The notes beneath the pieces were generated by a model. That model saw nothing but the letters and a program-made list of their open reading frames with translations. It searched no databases and was not told the DNA's origin. Below, in pieces: positions 49,777 through 60,014 of a stretch of DNA of 64,000 bases. Position numbers and translations under genes: made by a program. This DNA is from an uncultured candidatus Porisulfidus sp. (GTDB lineage: Bacteria > Pseudomonadota > Gammaproteobacteria > Poriferisulfidales > Poriferisulfidaceae), in contig OZ251520.1 of assembly GCA_965242985.1 (NCBI GenBank), positions 860,492 through 924,491 of the forward strand. Direction: 5' to 3'. The first letter of the stretch is position 1. Each line of letters opens with the position of its first letter.

Positions 49777-51114
49777 ATGCACGCCGCCGCCGCCGTCCGC
49801 ACCATGGTCGTGGGCCTGGGCGCCACCGGGCTGTCGGTGGCGCGCCACCTGCGGCGGCGCAACGAGCCGTTCACCGTCTGGGACCGCGCCCCGCGGGCGG
49901 ACGCGCTGGCGCGGCTGCGCGCGGAGTGGCCGGAGGCGCCGGTGCGCTGCGGCGAGCTCGACCCGGCCGAGTTCCGCGGCGCCGACACCGTCATCGTCAG
50001 CCCCGGCGTGGCGCTCGACCACCCGGCGCTGGCCGCGGCCCGCGCCGCCGGCGCGCAGGTCTACGGCGACATCGAGCTGTTCGCGCACGAGGCCAACGCG
50101 CCGGTGCTCGGCGTCACCGGCAGCAACGGCAAGAGCACCGTCACCCGGCTCGCGGCGCACCTGCTCGAGGGGCTCGGGCGCCGGGTCTGCTGCGGCGGCA
50201 ACCTCGGCCCGCCGGCGCTGTCGCTGCTGCGCGAGCCGGCGCCGGACGCCTACGTGCTCGAGCTGTCGAGCTTCCAGCTCGCGGCCACCGAGACCCTGCA
50301 TTGCCGCGCCGCGGCGATGCTCAACCTAAGCCCCGACCACCTCGACCGCCACGGCGACTTCGCCGCCTACCGCGCCGCCAAGCAGCGCCTGTACCGGCGC
50401 GCCGAGCTCGCGGTGTTCAACCGCGGCGACGCCGACACCCGGCCGCCGGCGGGGGCGCGCGCGGTGGGCTTCGGCCTGGACGCGCCGCGGCGCGGCGACG
50501 ACTTCGGCGTGCGCGAGCACGACGGCGCGGACTGGTTCTGCCAGGGCCGGCGGCGGCTGCGGCCGTGCGCCGAACTGCCGCTGCCCGGCCGCCACAACCG
50601 CGCCAACGCGCTGGCCGCGCTGGCGCTCGCCTGGGCGCACGGCGCGGAGCCCGCCGCGGCGGCCGCGCATCTCGGCGATTTCTCCGGCCTGCCGCACCGC
50701 CTGCAGCGGCTGGCGGCGCCCGGCCGCATCGCCTGGTACGACGATTCCAAGGCCACCAATCCGGACGCGCTGGCGGCGGCGCTGGCGGCCTTCGACGAGC
50801 CCTGCGTGCTGATCGCGGGCGGCCGCGCCAAGCCGGACGACTACGCCCGCGTGCGCGGCGCGCTGGCGCGGCACGCGCGCGCCGCGGTGCTGATGGGGGA
50901 GGCGGCGGCGGCGCTGGCGCGGGCCTGGGACGGCGCCGCGGAGCTGCGCGTGGTCGACGGCATGGACGCGGCGGTGGCCGCCGCCCGCGAGCTCGCCGCG
51001 CCCGACGGGCGCGTGCTGCTGTCGCCCGGCTGCGCCAGCTTCGACCGCTACGCCGGCTACGCCGAGCGCGGCCGGGACTTCGCGCGCGCGGTGCGCGCGG
51101 GAGGCGCGGCGTGA
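49777..51114 (+). CDS. murD: UDP-N-acetylmuramoylalanine--D-glutamate ligase
   Basis: GVTGSNGKSTV P-loop, Mur ligase. Real start may be the internal MVVGLG. Confidence 0.85.
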   Translation: MHAAAAVRTMVVGLGATGLSVARHLRRRNEPFTVWDRAPRADALARLRAEWPEAPVRCGELDPAEFRGADTVIVSPGVALDHPALAAARAAGAQVYGDIELFAHEANAPVLGVTGSNGKSTVTRLAAHLLEGLGRRVCCGGNLGPPALSLLREPAPDAYVLELSSFQLAATETLHCRAAAMLNLSPDHLDRHGDFAAYRAAKQRLYRRAELAVFNRGDADTRPPAGARAVGFGLDAPRRGDDFGVREHDGADWFCQGRRRLRPCAELPLPGRHNRANALAALALAWAHGAEPAAAAAHLGDFSGLPHRLQRLAAPGRIAWYDDSKATNPDALAAALAAFDEPCVLIAGGRAKPDDYARVRGALARHARAAVLMGEAAAALARAWDGAAELRVVDGMDAAVAAARELAAPDGRVLLSPGCASFDRYAGYAERGRDFARAVRAGGAA

Positions 51115-52250
51115 CCCGGCGCGCGCCGCCCCTGGACCTGCTGGCCGCGGCCATGCTGCTGGCGCTCGGCCTGGTGGTCATGATGTCGGCCTCGATCGAG
51201 CTGTCGCTGCGCGCCGCCGGCGACCCGCTGCACTACTTCCGGCGGCAGCTGCTGTACGCCGCGCTCGGCGGCCTCGCCATGCTGCTGCTGGCGCAGGTGC
51301 CGCTCGCCGCGCACCGGCGGCTGGCGAAGCTCTACGGCCTGGGCGCGCTGGCGCTGCTGGCGGCGGTGCTGCTGCCGGGCGTCGGCGTGGCGGTGAACGA
51401 GGGCCAGCGCTGGCTGGAGTTCGGGGCGCTGCGCTTCCAGCCCTCGGAGCTGGCCAAGCCGGCGCTGCTGGTGTGGCTCGCCGCCCACCTGACGCAGCAC
51501 GCGGAGGAGGTCCAAAGCGGCCTGCGCGGCCTGCTGCCGGCGCTCGGCATGACCGCGCTGGTGGCGCTGCTGCTGGTGCTGGAGCCGGATTTCGGCACCG
51601 CCTGCGTGGTGGCGGCCACCGCGCTCGGCGTGATCTTCCTGTGCGGCGGGCCGCTGCGCGCGCTGTTCGGCTGCGCCGCGGCCGGCGCGGTCGCGCTCGG
51701 CGGGCTGGCGGTGGCGGCGCCGTACCGCCTGCTGCGCATCCAGTCGTTCCTCGATCCCTGGGCCGAGCCTTTCGGCAGCGGCTACCAGCTGACCCAGTCG
51801 CTGATCGCCATCGGCAGCGGCGGCCTGTTCGGGCAGGGCTTGGGCGACGGCGTGCAGAAGCACTTCTACCTGCCGGAGATGCACACCGACTTCGTGTTCG
51901 CGGTGGCGGCGGAGGAGCTGGGGCTGTTCGGCGCCGCGCTGATCGTGGTTCTGTTCGGGCTGTTCGCGCTCGGCGCGTTGCGCGCCGCCCGCCGGGCGCA
52001 GGAGGCGGAGCAGGACTTCGCGGCCGCGATCGCCTGCGGCGTCGGCCTGTGGATCGGCCTGCAGGCGTTCGTCAACATCGCGGTGAACATGGGCGCGCTG
52101 CCGACCAAGGGCCTGACGCTGCCGTTCATGAGCGCCGGCGGCAGCTCGCTGGTGGCGGCGTTCGCCGGGCTCGGCCTGCTGTGGCGGGTGCACCGGGAGC
52201 TGGACCGCGGCGCGCGCGGCGCGCGGCGGCGGGAGCGGCGGCCGGCATGA
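51111..52250 (+). CDS. ftsW: Peptidoglycan glycosyltransferase FtsW
   Basis: GTGA overlap with murD. SEDS-family polytopic membrane protein in dcw position. Confidence 0.85.
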   Translation: MTRRAPPLDLLAAAMLLALGLVVMMSASIELSLRAAGDPLHYFRRQLLYAALGGLAMLLLAQVPLAAHRRLAKLYGLGALALLAAVLLPGVGVAVNEGQRWLEFGALRFQPSELAKPALLVWLAAHLTQHAEEVQSGLRGLLPALGMTALVALLLVLEPDFGTACVVAATALGVIFLCGGPLRALFGCAAAGAVALGGLAVAAPYRLLRIQSFLDPWAEPFGSGYQLTQSLIAIGSGGLFGQGLGDGVQKHFYLPEMHTDFVFAVAAEELGLFGAALIVVLFGLFALGALRAARRAQEAEQDFAAAIACGVGLWIGLQAFVNIAVNMGALPTKGLTLPFMSAGGSSLVAAFAGLGLLWRVHRELDRGARGARRRERRPA

Positions 52251-53320
52251 ACGCGGCGCGCCCGATCCTGATCCTGGCCGGCGGCACCGGCGGGCACGTG
52301 TTCCCGGCGCTGGCGGTGGCCCGGGAATTGCGCCGGCGCGGCGCGGCGGTGCTCTGGGTCGGCACGCCGCGCGGCCTGGAGGCGCGGGTGGCGCCGGCCG
52401 CGGGCTTCCCGTTCGAGACCCTGGCGCTGCGCGCCCCCGGCCGGCCGGGCGCGGCCGGCGTCCTGCGCGCGCTGCCGCGGCTGGCGCTCGCGGTGCTGCG
52501 CGGCCTGCGGCTGCTGGCGGCGCACCGGCCCGCCTCGGCGCTCGGCATGGGCGGCTACGCGTCCGCGCCCGGGGCGCTGGCCGCGGTGCTGCGCCGGGTG
52601 CCGCTGGCGGTGCACGAGCAGAACGCCCGCGCCGGCCTCGCCAACCGGCTGCTGGCGCGCCTGGCCGCCCGCACCCTGACCGGCTTCGCCCGGGTCGAGG
52701 GGCTGCGCCCGGGCTACGAGCACGTCGGCAACCCGGTGCGCGGCGAACTCTGCCGCCCGCCCGCGCCGGTGGACGCCGCGCCGCGGCGGCTGCGGCTGCT
52801 GGTGGTCGGCGGCAGCCAGGGCGCGCGCTTCCTCAACCGCGCCGCGCCCGCGGCGCTGCGGGAACTGCCGCCCGAAGAGCGTCCCGAGGTCTGGCACCAG
52901 CACGGCGCCGGCGACGATGCGGCGGCGGTCCGCGCGCGCTACCCGGACGGCGCCGGGGCGCGGCTGTCCGCCTTCATCGACGACATGGGCGCGGCCTACG
53001 CCTGGGCCGACCTGGTGCTGGCGCGCGCCGGCGCCGGCACGCTGGCGGAACTGGCCTGCGCGGGGCGCGCCGCGCTGCTGGTGCCGTACCCGCACGCGGC
53101 CGCGGACCACCAGGCCGAGAACGCGCGCCGCCATGCGGCGGCGGGCGCGGCGCGGACGCTGGCGCAGGCGGAATGCACGCCGGCGCGGCTCGGCGCCGCG
53201 CTGCGCGAACTGGGCGCGGATCGCGCGCGCCTGCGGCGCATGGGCGCGGCCGCCGCGGCGCTGGCGCGGCCGCGCGCCGCCGCGGACGTGGCCGAGCGGC
53301 TGCTGGAGCTGGCGGCGTGA
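52247..53320 (+). CDS. murG: UDP-N-acetylglucosamine--N-acetylmuramyl-(pentapeptide) pyrophosphoryl-undecaprenol N-acetylglucosamine transferase
   Basis: ILAGGTGGHVFPALAVA N-terminus. Confidence 0.9.
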   Translation: MNAARPILILAGGTGGHVFPALAVARELRRRGAAVLWVGTPRGLEARVAPAAGFPFETLALRAPGRPGAAGVLRALPRLALAVLRGLRLLAAHRPASALGMGGYASAPGALAAVLRRVPLAVHEQNARAGLANRLLARLAARTLTGFARVEGLRPGYEHVGNPVRGELCRPPAPVDAAPRRLRLLVVGGSQGARFLNRAAPAALRELPPEERPEVWHQHGAGDDAAAVRARYPDGAGARLSAFIDDMGAAYAWADLVLARAGAGTLAELACAGRAALLVPYPHAAADHQAENARRHAAAGAARTLAQAECTPARLGAALRELGADRARLRRMGAAAAALARPRAAADVAERLLELAA

Positions 53321-54747
53321 ACCCGGCCCTCGCGCGCCACCTGCTGCGCCGCGTGCGGCGGGTGCACTTCGTCGGCGTCGGCGGCGCCGGCATGAGCGGC
53401 ATCGCCGAGATGCTGCTGGCGCTCGGCTACGAGGTGTCGGGCAGCGACCTGCGGGACAACGAGCAGACGCGCCGCCTGCGCGAGCTGGGCGCGCGCGTCG
53501 AGCGCGGCCACCGGGCGGCGGCCGTGGCCGGCAGCGACGTGGCGGTGGTCTCCTCGGCGGTGCCCGCCGACAACCCGGAGCTGGCGGCGGCGCGCGCGGC
53601 GCGCATCCCGGTGATCCCGCGCGCGGCGATGCTGTGCGAGCTGATGCGCTTCCAGTTCGGCATCGCGGTGGCCGGCGCCCACGGCAAGACCACCACCACC
53701 TGCCTGATCGCGCACCTGCTGGCGGCGGCCGGGATGGCGCCGAGCCGCGTGGTCGGCGGCCGCGTCCGCCACGACCCCGCGCACGCCGCGCTCGGCGAAG
53801 GCGACATCCTGGTGTGCGAGGCGGACGAGAGCGACGGCTCGTTCCTGCACCTGAGCCCGATGCTGGCGGTGGTGACCAACATCGACAACGACCACCTGGT
53901 CAACTACGGCGGCGACATGGCCAGGCTGGAGGCGGCCTACTTCGAGTTCCTGCGCAACCTGCCGTTCTACGGCCTGGCGGTGCTGTGCGCGGACGATCCC
54001 CGGGTGGCCGCGCTCGCGGCGCGCCTGAACTGCCCGACGCTGTCCTACGGCCTGACCGCGCCGGCCGACGTGACCGCCGACGCCGTGCGCGCCGAGGCCG
54101 GCGGCAGCGCCTTCACGCTGCGCTTCGCGGACGGCGCGCCGCCGATCGCGGTGCGGCTGCCGCTGCCGGGCCGCCACAACGTGCAGAACGCGCTGGCGGC
54201 GGCGGCGGTGGCGCGCGACCTGGGCGCGGAGCCGGCGGCGATCGCCGCGGGCCTCGCGGACTTCGCCGGCATCGCGCGGCGCTTCGAGGTGCGCGGCGAG
54301 CTGCCGGGGCTGCCGGGCAGCGTGTGGGTCGACGACTACGGCCACCACCCGGCGGAGCTGGAGGCGACGCTGGCGGCGGCGCGCGCGGCCTGGCCCGGGC
54401 GGCGCCTGGTGCTGGCCTTCCAGCCGCACCGCTACACCCGCACCCGCGACCTGCACGAGCGCTTCGTGACCGCGCTCGGCGGCGCCGACGAGCGGCTGCT
54501 GCTGGACGTGTACCCAGCCGGCGAGGCGCCGCTGCCGGGCGCGGACAGCGACGCGCTGGCGCGCTCGCTCGCGGCCGCCGGCGCGCCCGCGGCGCGCGCC
54601 GCGGACGAAGACGAGATGCATGCGCGGCTGGCCGGACTGCTGGCGCCGGGCGACGTGCTGCTGACCATGGGCGCGGGCAGCATCGAGCAGTGGGCGGCGG
54701 CGCTGCCGCAGCGGCTGGCGCGGCGGCGGGAGGCGGCGGGCGGATGA
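53317..54747 (+). CDS. murC: UDP-N-acetylmuramate--L-alanine ligase
   Basis: GTG start overlapping the murG stop. VHFVGVGGAGMSGIAE, GAHGKTTTT motifs. Confidence 0.85.
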   Translation: MNPALARHLLRRVRRVHFVGVGGAGMSGIAEMLLALGYEVSGSDLRDNEQTRRLRELGARVERGHRAAAVAGSDVAVVSSAVPADNPELAAARAARIPVIPRAAMLCELMRFQFGIAVAGAHGKTTTTCLIAHLLAAAGMAPSRVVGGRVRHDPAHAALGEGDILVCEADESDGSFLHLSPMLAVVTNIDNDHLVNYGGDMARLEAAYFEFLRNLPFYGLAVLCADDPRVAALAARLNCPTLSYGLTAPADVTADAVRAEAGGSAFTLRFADGAPPIAVRLPLPGRHNVQNALAAAAVARDLGAEPAAIAAGLADFAGIARRFEVRGELPGLPGSVWVDDYGHHPAELEATLAAARAAWPGRRLVLAFQPHRYTRTRDLHERFVTALGGADERLLLDVYPAGEAPLPGADSDALARSLAAAGAPAARAADEDEMHARLAGLLAPGDVLLTMGAGSIEQWAAALPQRLARRREAAGG

Positions 54748-55628
54748 ACGCGCGGACGGCCGGACGCGAGCGGCACGCGGTGCCGATGGCGGAGCTCACC
54801 ACCTGGCGCTGCGGCGGCGCGGCGGACACGGTGTACGCGCCCGCGGACGTCGATGACCTGTGCGCCTACCTGGCGCGGCTGCCGGCGGCGGCGCCGGTGC
54901 TGTGGCTCGGGCGCGGCAGCAACGTGCTGGCCCGCGACGGCGGCGTGCGCGGCGTGGTGATCCGGCTGCAGGAGCGCTTCGCGCGGATCGCGGTCGAGCC
55001 GCCGCGCGCCGACGCCCAGGGCGGCGCGCCGTGCGCGCGGCTGGCGGCCGAGACCGCGGCCGCCGGCCTCGGCGGGCTGGAGTTCCTGGCCGGCATCCCG
55101 GGCACCGTCGGCGGCGCGCTGGCGATGAACGCGGGCGCGGCCGGCGGCGAGACCTGGGAGACGGTGGAATCGATCGAGACCGTCGACCGGCGCGGGCGGC
55201 GGCACGTGTTCCGGGCGGCCGACATCGACGCCGGCTACCGCGCGGTCGCGCTGCCGCCGGGGCACGGCGTGATCGCCGGGCGCTTCCGGCTGCGGGCCGA
55301 CCCCGACCCCGCGGCGCCGCGGCGGCGCATCCGCGAGCAGATGGAGCGGCGCCGGCAAACCCAGCCGGTGGCGCAGCCGAGCAGCGGCTCGGTGTTCCGC
55401 AACCCGCCGGACGGCCACGCCGCGGCCCTGATCGAGGCCAGCGGCCTCAAGGGCTGCCGCATGGGCGGCGCCGAGGTCAGCCGCCGGCACGCCAACTTCA
55501 TCGTCACCGAGCCCGGCGCCCGGGCCCGCGACGTGGAGAACCTGATCGAGCACGTGCGCGGCGTGGTGGAGCGCGACAGCGGCGTGCGCCTGGAGCTGGA
55601 AGTGCGCATCCTGGGGGAGGCGGCGTGA
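54744..55628 (+). CDS. murB: UDP-N-acetylenolpyruvoylglucosamine reductase
   Basis: ATGA overlap with murC. FAD-binding PCMH-type domain motifs (GGAADTVY..., LGRGSNVL). Confidence 0.85.
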   Translation: MNARTAGRERHAVPMAELTTWRCGGAADTVYAPADVDDLCAYLARLPAAAPVLWLGRGSNVLARDGGVRGVVIRLQERFARIAVEPPRADAQGGAPCARLAAETAAAGLGGLEFLAGIPGTVGGALAMNAGAAGGETWETVESIETVDRRGRRHVFRAADIDAGYRAVALPPGHGVIAGRFRLRADPDPAAPRRRIREQMERRRQTQPVAQPSSGSVFRNPPDGHAAALIEASGLKGCRMGGAEVSRRHANFIVTEPGARARDVENLIEHVRGVVERDSGVRLELEVRILGEAA

Positions 55629-56554
55629 GCGCGCGGCCGGGCCCGGTGGCGGTGCTGATGGGCGGCTGGTCCGCCGAGCGGCCGATCTCGCTGCTGTCCG
55701 GCGCCTGCGTCCGCGAGGCGCTGGCGGCGCGCGGCGTGCCCGCCGAGGCGGTCGACCTGCGCGCCCCGGAGGACTTGGCGGCGGCCGGGCTCGGGCGCTA
55801 CGCCTGCGCCTTCCTCGCCCTGCACGGCGAAGGCGGCGAGGACGGCACGGCGCAGCAGGCGCTGGACCGGCGCGGGCTGCCGTACACCGGCAGCGGCGCG
55901 GAGGCGTCGCGGCGCTGCTTCGACAAGCTGGCAGCCAAGCGGCGCTGGGCGGCGGCGGGCGTGCCGACGCCGCCGGCCGCGGAACTCGACGCGGGCGCCG
56001 ACGCGGCGGCGCAGGCGGCCGCGCTGGGGCTGCCGCTGATGGTCAAGCCGGTGGCCCAGGGCTCGAGCCTGGGCGCGGCGCCGGTGCGGCGCATGGAGCA
56101 GCTGGCGGCGGCGGCGGCCGCGGCGCGCCGCTACGGCGACCGGGTGATGCTGGAGCGCCTGGTGGAGGGCCGCGAGTACACGGTCGGCATCCTCGGCGAC
56201 GCGGCGCTGCCGATGATCCGGCTGCGCGCCGCCGGCGAATTCTTCGACTACCGCGCCAAGTACGAGGCGTCCGACACCCGCTACGACATCCCCTGCGGGC
56301 TGCCGGAGGCGATGGAGAGCGAGCTGCGCGACCTGGCGCTGGCCGCGTTCCGCAGCACCGGCGCGAGCGGCTACGGCCGGGTCGACCTGATGCTGGACGA
56401 ATTGGACCGGCCCTGGCTGCTGGAGGTCAACACGCTGCCGGGCCTGCGCCGCGACAGCCTGCTGCCGAAGGCGGCGCGCGCGGCCGGGATCGAATACGAG
56501 GAGCTGGCGCTGCGCCTGCTGGCGACCGCGCAGGCGGCGGAGGCGGCGGCGTGA
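55625..56554 (+). CDS. ddl: D-alanine--D-alanine ligase
   Basis: GTGA overlap with murB. VAVLMGGWSAERPISLLSG, ATP-grasp motifs. Confidence 0.85.
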   Translation: MSARPGPVAVLMGGWSAERPISLLSGACVREALAARGVPAEAVDLRAPEDLAAAGLGRYACAFLALHGEGGEDGTAQQALDRRGLPYTGSGAEASRRCFDKLAAKRRWAAAGVPTPPAAELDAGADAAAQAAALGLPLMVKPVAQGSSLGAAPVRRMEQLAAAAAAARRYGDRVMLERLVEGREYTVGILGDAALPMIRLRAAGEFFDYRAKYEASDTRYDIPCGLPEAMESELRDLALAAFRSTGASGYGRVDLMLDELDRPWLLEVNTLPGLRRDSLLPKAARAAGIEYEELALRLLATAQAAEAAA

Positions 56555-57234
56555 TCCGGCGCGGCCTGCTGTGGGGCGGGGCGGCGGCGCTGGCGGCGGC
56601 CGGCCTGGTCCACGCCTACGCCTGGGCCGCCGCGCCCGGCCGGCTGCCGGTGCGCGCGGTGCACGTGCACGGCGCGCTCGAGCGGCTGGACGCCGCCGCG
56701 CTGCGGGCGGCGATCGCGGCGCAGCTGTCCGGCAGCATGCTGACCCAGGACATCGCCGCGCTGCGCCGGCGGCTGGAGGCGGAGCCCTGGGTGCGCAGCG
56801 CGCGCGTGCGGCGGCGCTGGCCGGACGCGCTGGCGGTCGAGATCGCCGAGCAGCGGCCGGCGGCGCGCTGGGAGGCCGGCGGCCTGCTGAACGAGCGCGG
56901 CGAGCGCTTCCGGCCGCCCGGCGCGGAGCGCCTCGAGCTGGTGCGCCTGGCGGGCGCCCCGGGGCGCGAGGCGGCGCTGATGCGGACCCTCGGCCGGGTG
57001 CGGACGCTGCTCGGCCCGCGCGGGCTCGAGGCGCGCCGCCTGGCGGAATCGCCGCGCCGCACGCTGACCCTGGAGCTGGCCTCCGGCACCCGGCTGACGC
57101 TCGGCCGCGAGCGGCCGCTGGCGCGCCTGGCGCGCTGGCTGCGCTACCGCGCGCCGCGGGCGGGCGGCCCCCCGGCCGCGGTCGACCTGCGCTACCCGAA
57201 CGGCTTCGCGGAACGCCGCATCCACCCGTCCTGA
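56551..57234 (+). CDS. ftsQ: Cell division protein FtsQ
   Basis: GTGA overlap with ddl. Single N-terminal TM, POTRA-like region. Dcw position. Confidence 0.75.
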   Translation: MIRRGLLWGGAAALAAAGLVHAYAWAAAPGRLPVRAVHVHGALERLDAAALRAAIAAQLSGSMLTQDIAALRRRLEAEPWVRSARVRRRWPDALAVEIAEQRPAARWEAGGLLNERGERFRPPGAERLELVRLAGAPGREAALMRTLGRVRTLLGPRGLEARRLAESPRRTLTLELASGTRLTLGRERPLARLARWLRYRAPRAGGPPAAVDLRYPNGFAERRIHPS

Positions 57235-57255
57235 ATTCGTCATGAGGAGCAAGCG

Positions 57256-58545
57256 ATGAGCAATCAACACGCCGCGGCGCTGCCGCGGGAAACCGAATGG
57301 GCCGGCCTCTGGGGCCGGCTGAGCGCGCGCTTCGGCCGGCGCAGCCCGGACCCGGAGCTGACGGTGGCGCTGGACATCGGCACGTCCAAGATCGCGGTGC
57401 TGGTGGCGCGGCGCGACGACGACGGCGAACTGACCCTCGAGGGCTTCGGCTCGGCGCGCTCGCGCGGCCTGAAGGCCGGCAAGGTGGTCAACATCGAGCA
57501 GACCGTGGAATCGATCCACCGGGCGGTGTCCGAGGCCGAGAGCATGGCCGACTGCAGCATCGCCGGCGTCAACGTCAGCATCGCCAGCAGCCACGTCCGC
57601 AGCCTCAACGCCAGCGGCGCGATCCCGGTGCGCGAGAGCGAGATCACGCCGGCGGTGGTGGAGCGCGTGATCGACGCGGCCAGCGCGGTGAAGCTGAACG
57701 ACGACCAGCGCATCCTGCACGTGCTGCCGCAGGAGTACGCGATCGACGACCAGTACGGCATCCTCGCGCCGCTCGGCATGTCGGGCGTGCGCCTGGACGC
57801 CAAGGTGCACCTGGTGCTGGTCGGCGCCAGCGCCTGGCACAACCTGGTGCGCTGCGTGCAGCGCTGCGGGCTGCGGGTCGAGCACCTGGTGCTCGAGCAG
57901 CTGGCCTCGGGCAACGCGGTGCTGATGCCGGACGAGGCCGACCTGGGCGTGTGCCTGATCGACATCGGCGGCGGCACCTCGGACCTGGCGGTGCACCACC
58001 ACGGCGGCATCCGCCACACCGCCACCATCCCGATCGCCGGCGACCACGTCAACCGCGACATCGCGGTGGCGTGCAGCACCCGCGTCGAGGACGCCGAGCA
58101 GATCAAGATCGAGCACGGCAGCGCGGCGCACGCGCCGGACGGCGAGGACCGCGCCATCGAGGTGCCGGGGCTGGGCGGGCGCCCGCCCGCGCAGCTGCAG
58201 AGCACGGTGCTGGTGGACATCATCCGCGCCCGCTACGGCGAGCTGTTCGAGCTGGTCAACGACGAGCTGCGCCGCAGCGGCTGGTACGACTGCATCGAGG
58301 GCGCCGGGCTGGTGCTGACCGGCGGCGGCGCCATGCTCCCCGGGCTCGACCAGCTGGCCGAGGAGATCTTCAACCGGCCGGTGCGGGTCGGCGGCGCGCA
58401 CGGCGTGCGCTGCCGCGACGAGCGCTTCGCCAAGCCGCTGTACGCCACCGGCATCGGCCTGCTGACCTACCGCGACGCGGCGCGCCCGGGCCCGCAGGCC
58501 GGGGCCCAGGGCTCGTGGCTGCGCGCCCTGCGCGAATGGATCTGA
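57256..58545 (+). CDS. ftsA: Cell division protein FtsA
   Basis: Actin-like ATPase motifs (ALDIGTSKIAVLVA, DIGGGTSD). Confidence 0.9.
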   Translation: MSNQHAAALPRETEWAGLWGRLSARFGRRSPDPELTVALDIGTSKIAVLVARRDDDGELTLEGFGSARSRGLKAGKVVNIEQTVESIHRAVSEAESMADCSIAGVNVSIASSHVRSLNASGAIPVRESEITPAVVERVIDAASAVKLNDDQRILHVLPQEYAIDDQYGILAPLGMSGVRLDAKVHLVLVGASAWHNLVRCVQRCGLRVEHLVLEQLASGNAVLMPDEADLGVCLIDIGGGTSDLAVHHHGGIRHTATIPIAGDHVNRDIAVACSTRVEDAEQIKIEHGSAAHAPDGEDRAIEVPGLGGRPPAQLQSTVLVDIIRARYGELFELVNDELRRSGWYDCIEGAGLVLTGGGAMLPGLDQLAEEIFNRPVRVGGAHGVRCRDERFAKPLYATGIGLLTYRDAARPGPQAGAQGSWLRALREWI

Positions 58546-58591
58546 ACCGAACCCCAATCACCCACCCACAGGCAACCACCAGGAGCACATC

Positions 58592-59905
58592 ATGACTCTA
58601 CTCAACGAAGCCGGGCAGCCGGCGCCCAAGCCGCCGGCCGAGGCCGACGCCGAGATCCCCTTCGCGCCGGTGCAGCCGGACTGCGAAGACGCCCGGATCA
58701 AGGTGATCGGCGTCGGCGGCGGCGGCGGCAACGCCACCCAGCGCATGGCGGACGTGGAGATCGACAACGTCGACTTCATCTGCGTCAACACCGACGCCCA
58801 GGCGCTGCGCAACATGCGCGTCGGCCAGCGCGTGCAGATCGGCCGCGAGACCACCAAGGGCCTCGGCGCCGGCGCCACGCCGGAGCGCGGCCGGGCGGCC
58901 GCGGAGGAGAGCCTGGAGGTGCTGGCCGGACTGGTCGAGGGCACCGACATGCTGTTCGTCACCGCCGGCATGGGCGGCGGCACCGGCACCGGCGCGGCGC
59001 CGGTGATCGCCCGCCTGGCGCGCGAGCGCGACGTGCTCACGGTGGCGGTGGTCACGCGGCCGTTCGAGTTCGAGGGCGAGCGCCGGCGGCGCATCGCCGA
59101 GGAGGGCATCGAGGCGCTGCGCGAGCACGTCGATTCGCTGATCACGATCCCCAACGACCGGCTCATCTCCGAGCTCGGCCCGGACCTGAGCCTGGAGCAG
59201 GGCTTCGCCGAGGCCGACAACGTGCTGTACGGCGCGGTGCGCGGCATCTCCGACCTGATCGTCCGTCCCGGCATGATCAACGTCGACTTCGCCGACGTGC
59301 GCACGGTGATGGCGCAGAAGGGGCTGGCGATGATGGGCACCGGCACCGCCCGCGGCGAGACCCGCGCGCAGGAGGCGACCGAGCAGGCCATCAGCAGCCG
59401 GCTGCTGGACGAGGTCGAGATCAGCGACGCCCGCGGCATGCTGGTCAACGTCACCACCAACCGCAGCCTGACCATGCACGAGTTCAAGGTCATCGGCGAC
59501 CTGCTGAAGCCGCTGTGCGCGGGCGAGGCGACGCTGGTGATGGGCACCGCGTGCAGCGACGAGATCGGCGACGCCCTGCAGGTGACCATCGTGGTGGCCG
59601 GCTACGCCGGCGGCGAGGAGGAGGAGCAGGCGCCGGCCGCGGCGGCCGCGCCCGCGCCCGCCCGGGCCGCGGCGCCCGGGGTGCGCACCGTCAGCCTCGA
59701 CAGCGCCCGCGACCGGCTGGCCCGCGCCAGCCGCGCCGAGCGCACCGCGGAGCGGAGCGCCGAGCGCAAGCCGGCCCCGGCCGCGGCCGAGGCCGAGCCG
59801 GCGCCGGCCGAGGCCCTGGCGGTGGAGGGCAACCTCGCCCGCCGGGCGGGCGGCCCGGGGCAGGGCTTCGACATTCCCGCGTACCTGCGCAAGCAGCACG
59901 ACTGA
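58592..59905 (+). CDS. ftsZ: Cell division protein FtsZ
   Basis: GVGGGGGNA tubulin signature, long C-terminal linker, terminal DIPAYLRKQ peptide. Confidence 0.95.
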   Translation: MTLLNEAGQPAPKPPAEADAEIPFAPVQPDCEDARIKVIGVGGGGGNATQRMADVEIDNVDFICVNTDAQALRNMRVGQRVQIGRETTKGLGAGATPERGRAAAEESLEVLAGLVEGTDMLFVTAGMGGGTGTGAAPVIARLARERDVLTVAVVTRPFEFEGERRRRIAEEGIEALREHVDSLITIPNDRLISELGPDLSLEQGFAEADNVLYGAVRGISDLIVRPGMINVDFADVRTVMAQKGLAMMGTGTARGETRAQEATEQAISSRLLDEVEISDARGMLVNVTTNRSLTMHEFKVIGDLLKPLCAGEATLVMGTACSDEIGDALQVTIVVAGYAGGEEEEQAPAAAAAPAPARAAAPGVRTVSLDSARDRLARASRAERTAERSAERKPAPAAAEAEPAPAEALAVEGNLARRAGGPGQGFDIPAYLRKQHD

Positions 59906-60014
59906 GCATGGGAACGCGCGCCCGCGGATGGCAAAACCGGCGGTTTTCTGTAATAATGAGCCGCCGGAGAGGCCCGGCGGGCGCGTCCGCCCCCCTGACC
60001 CACGGGAATCCAGC

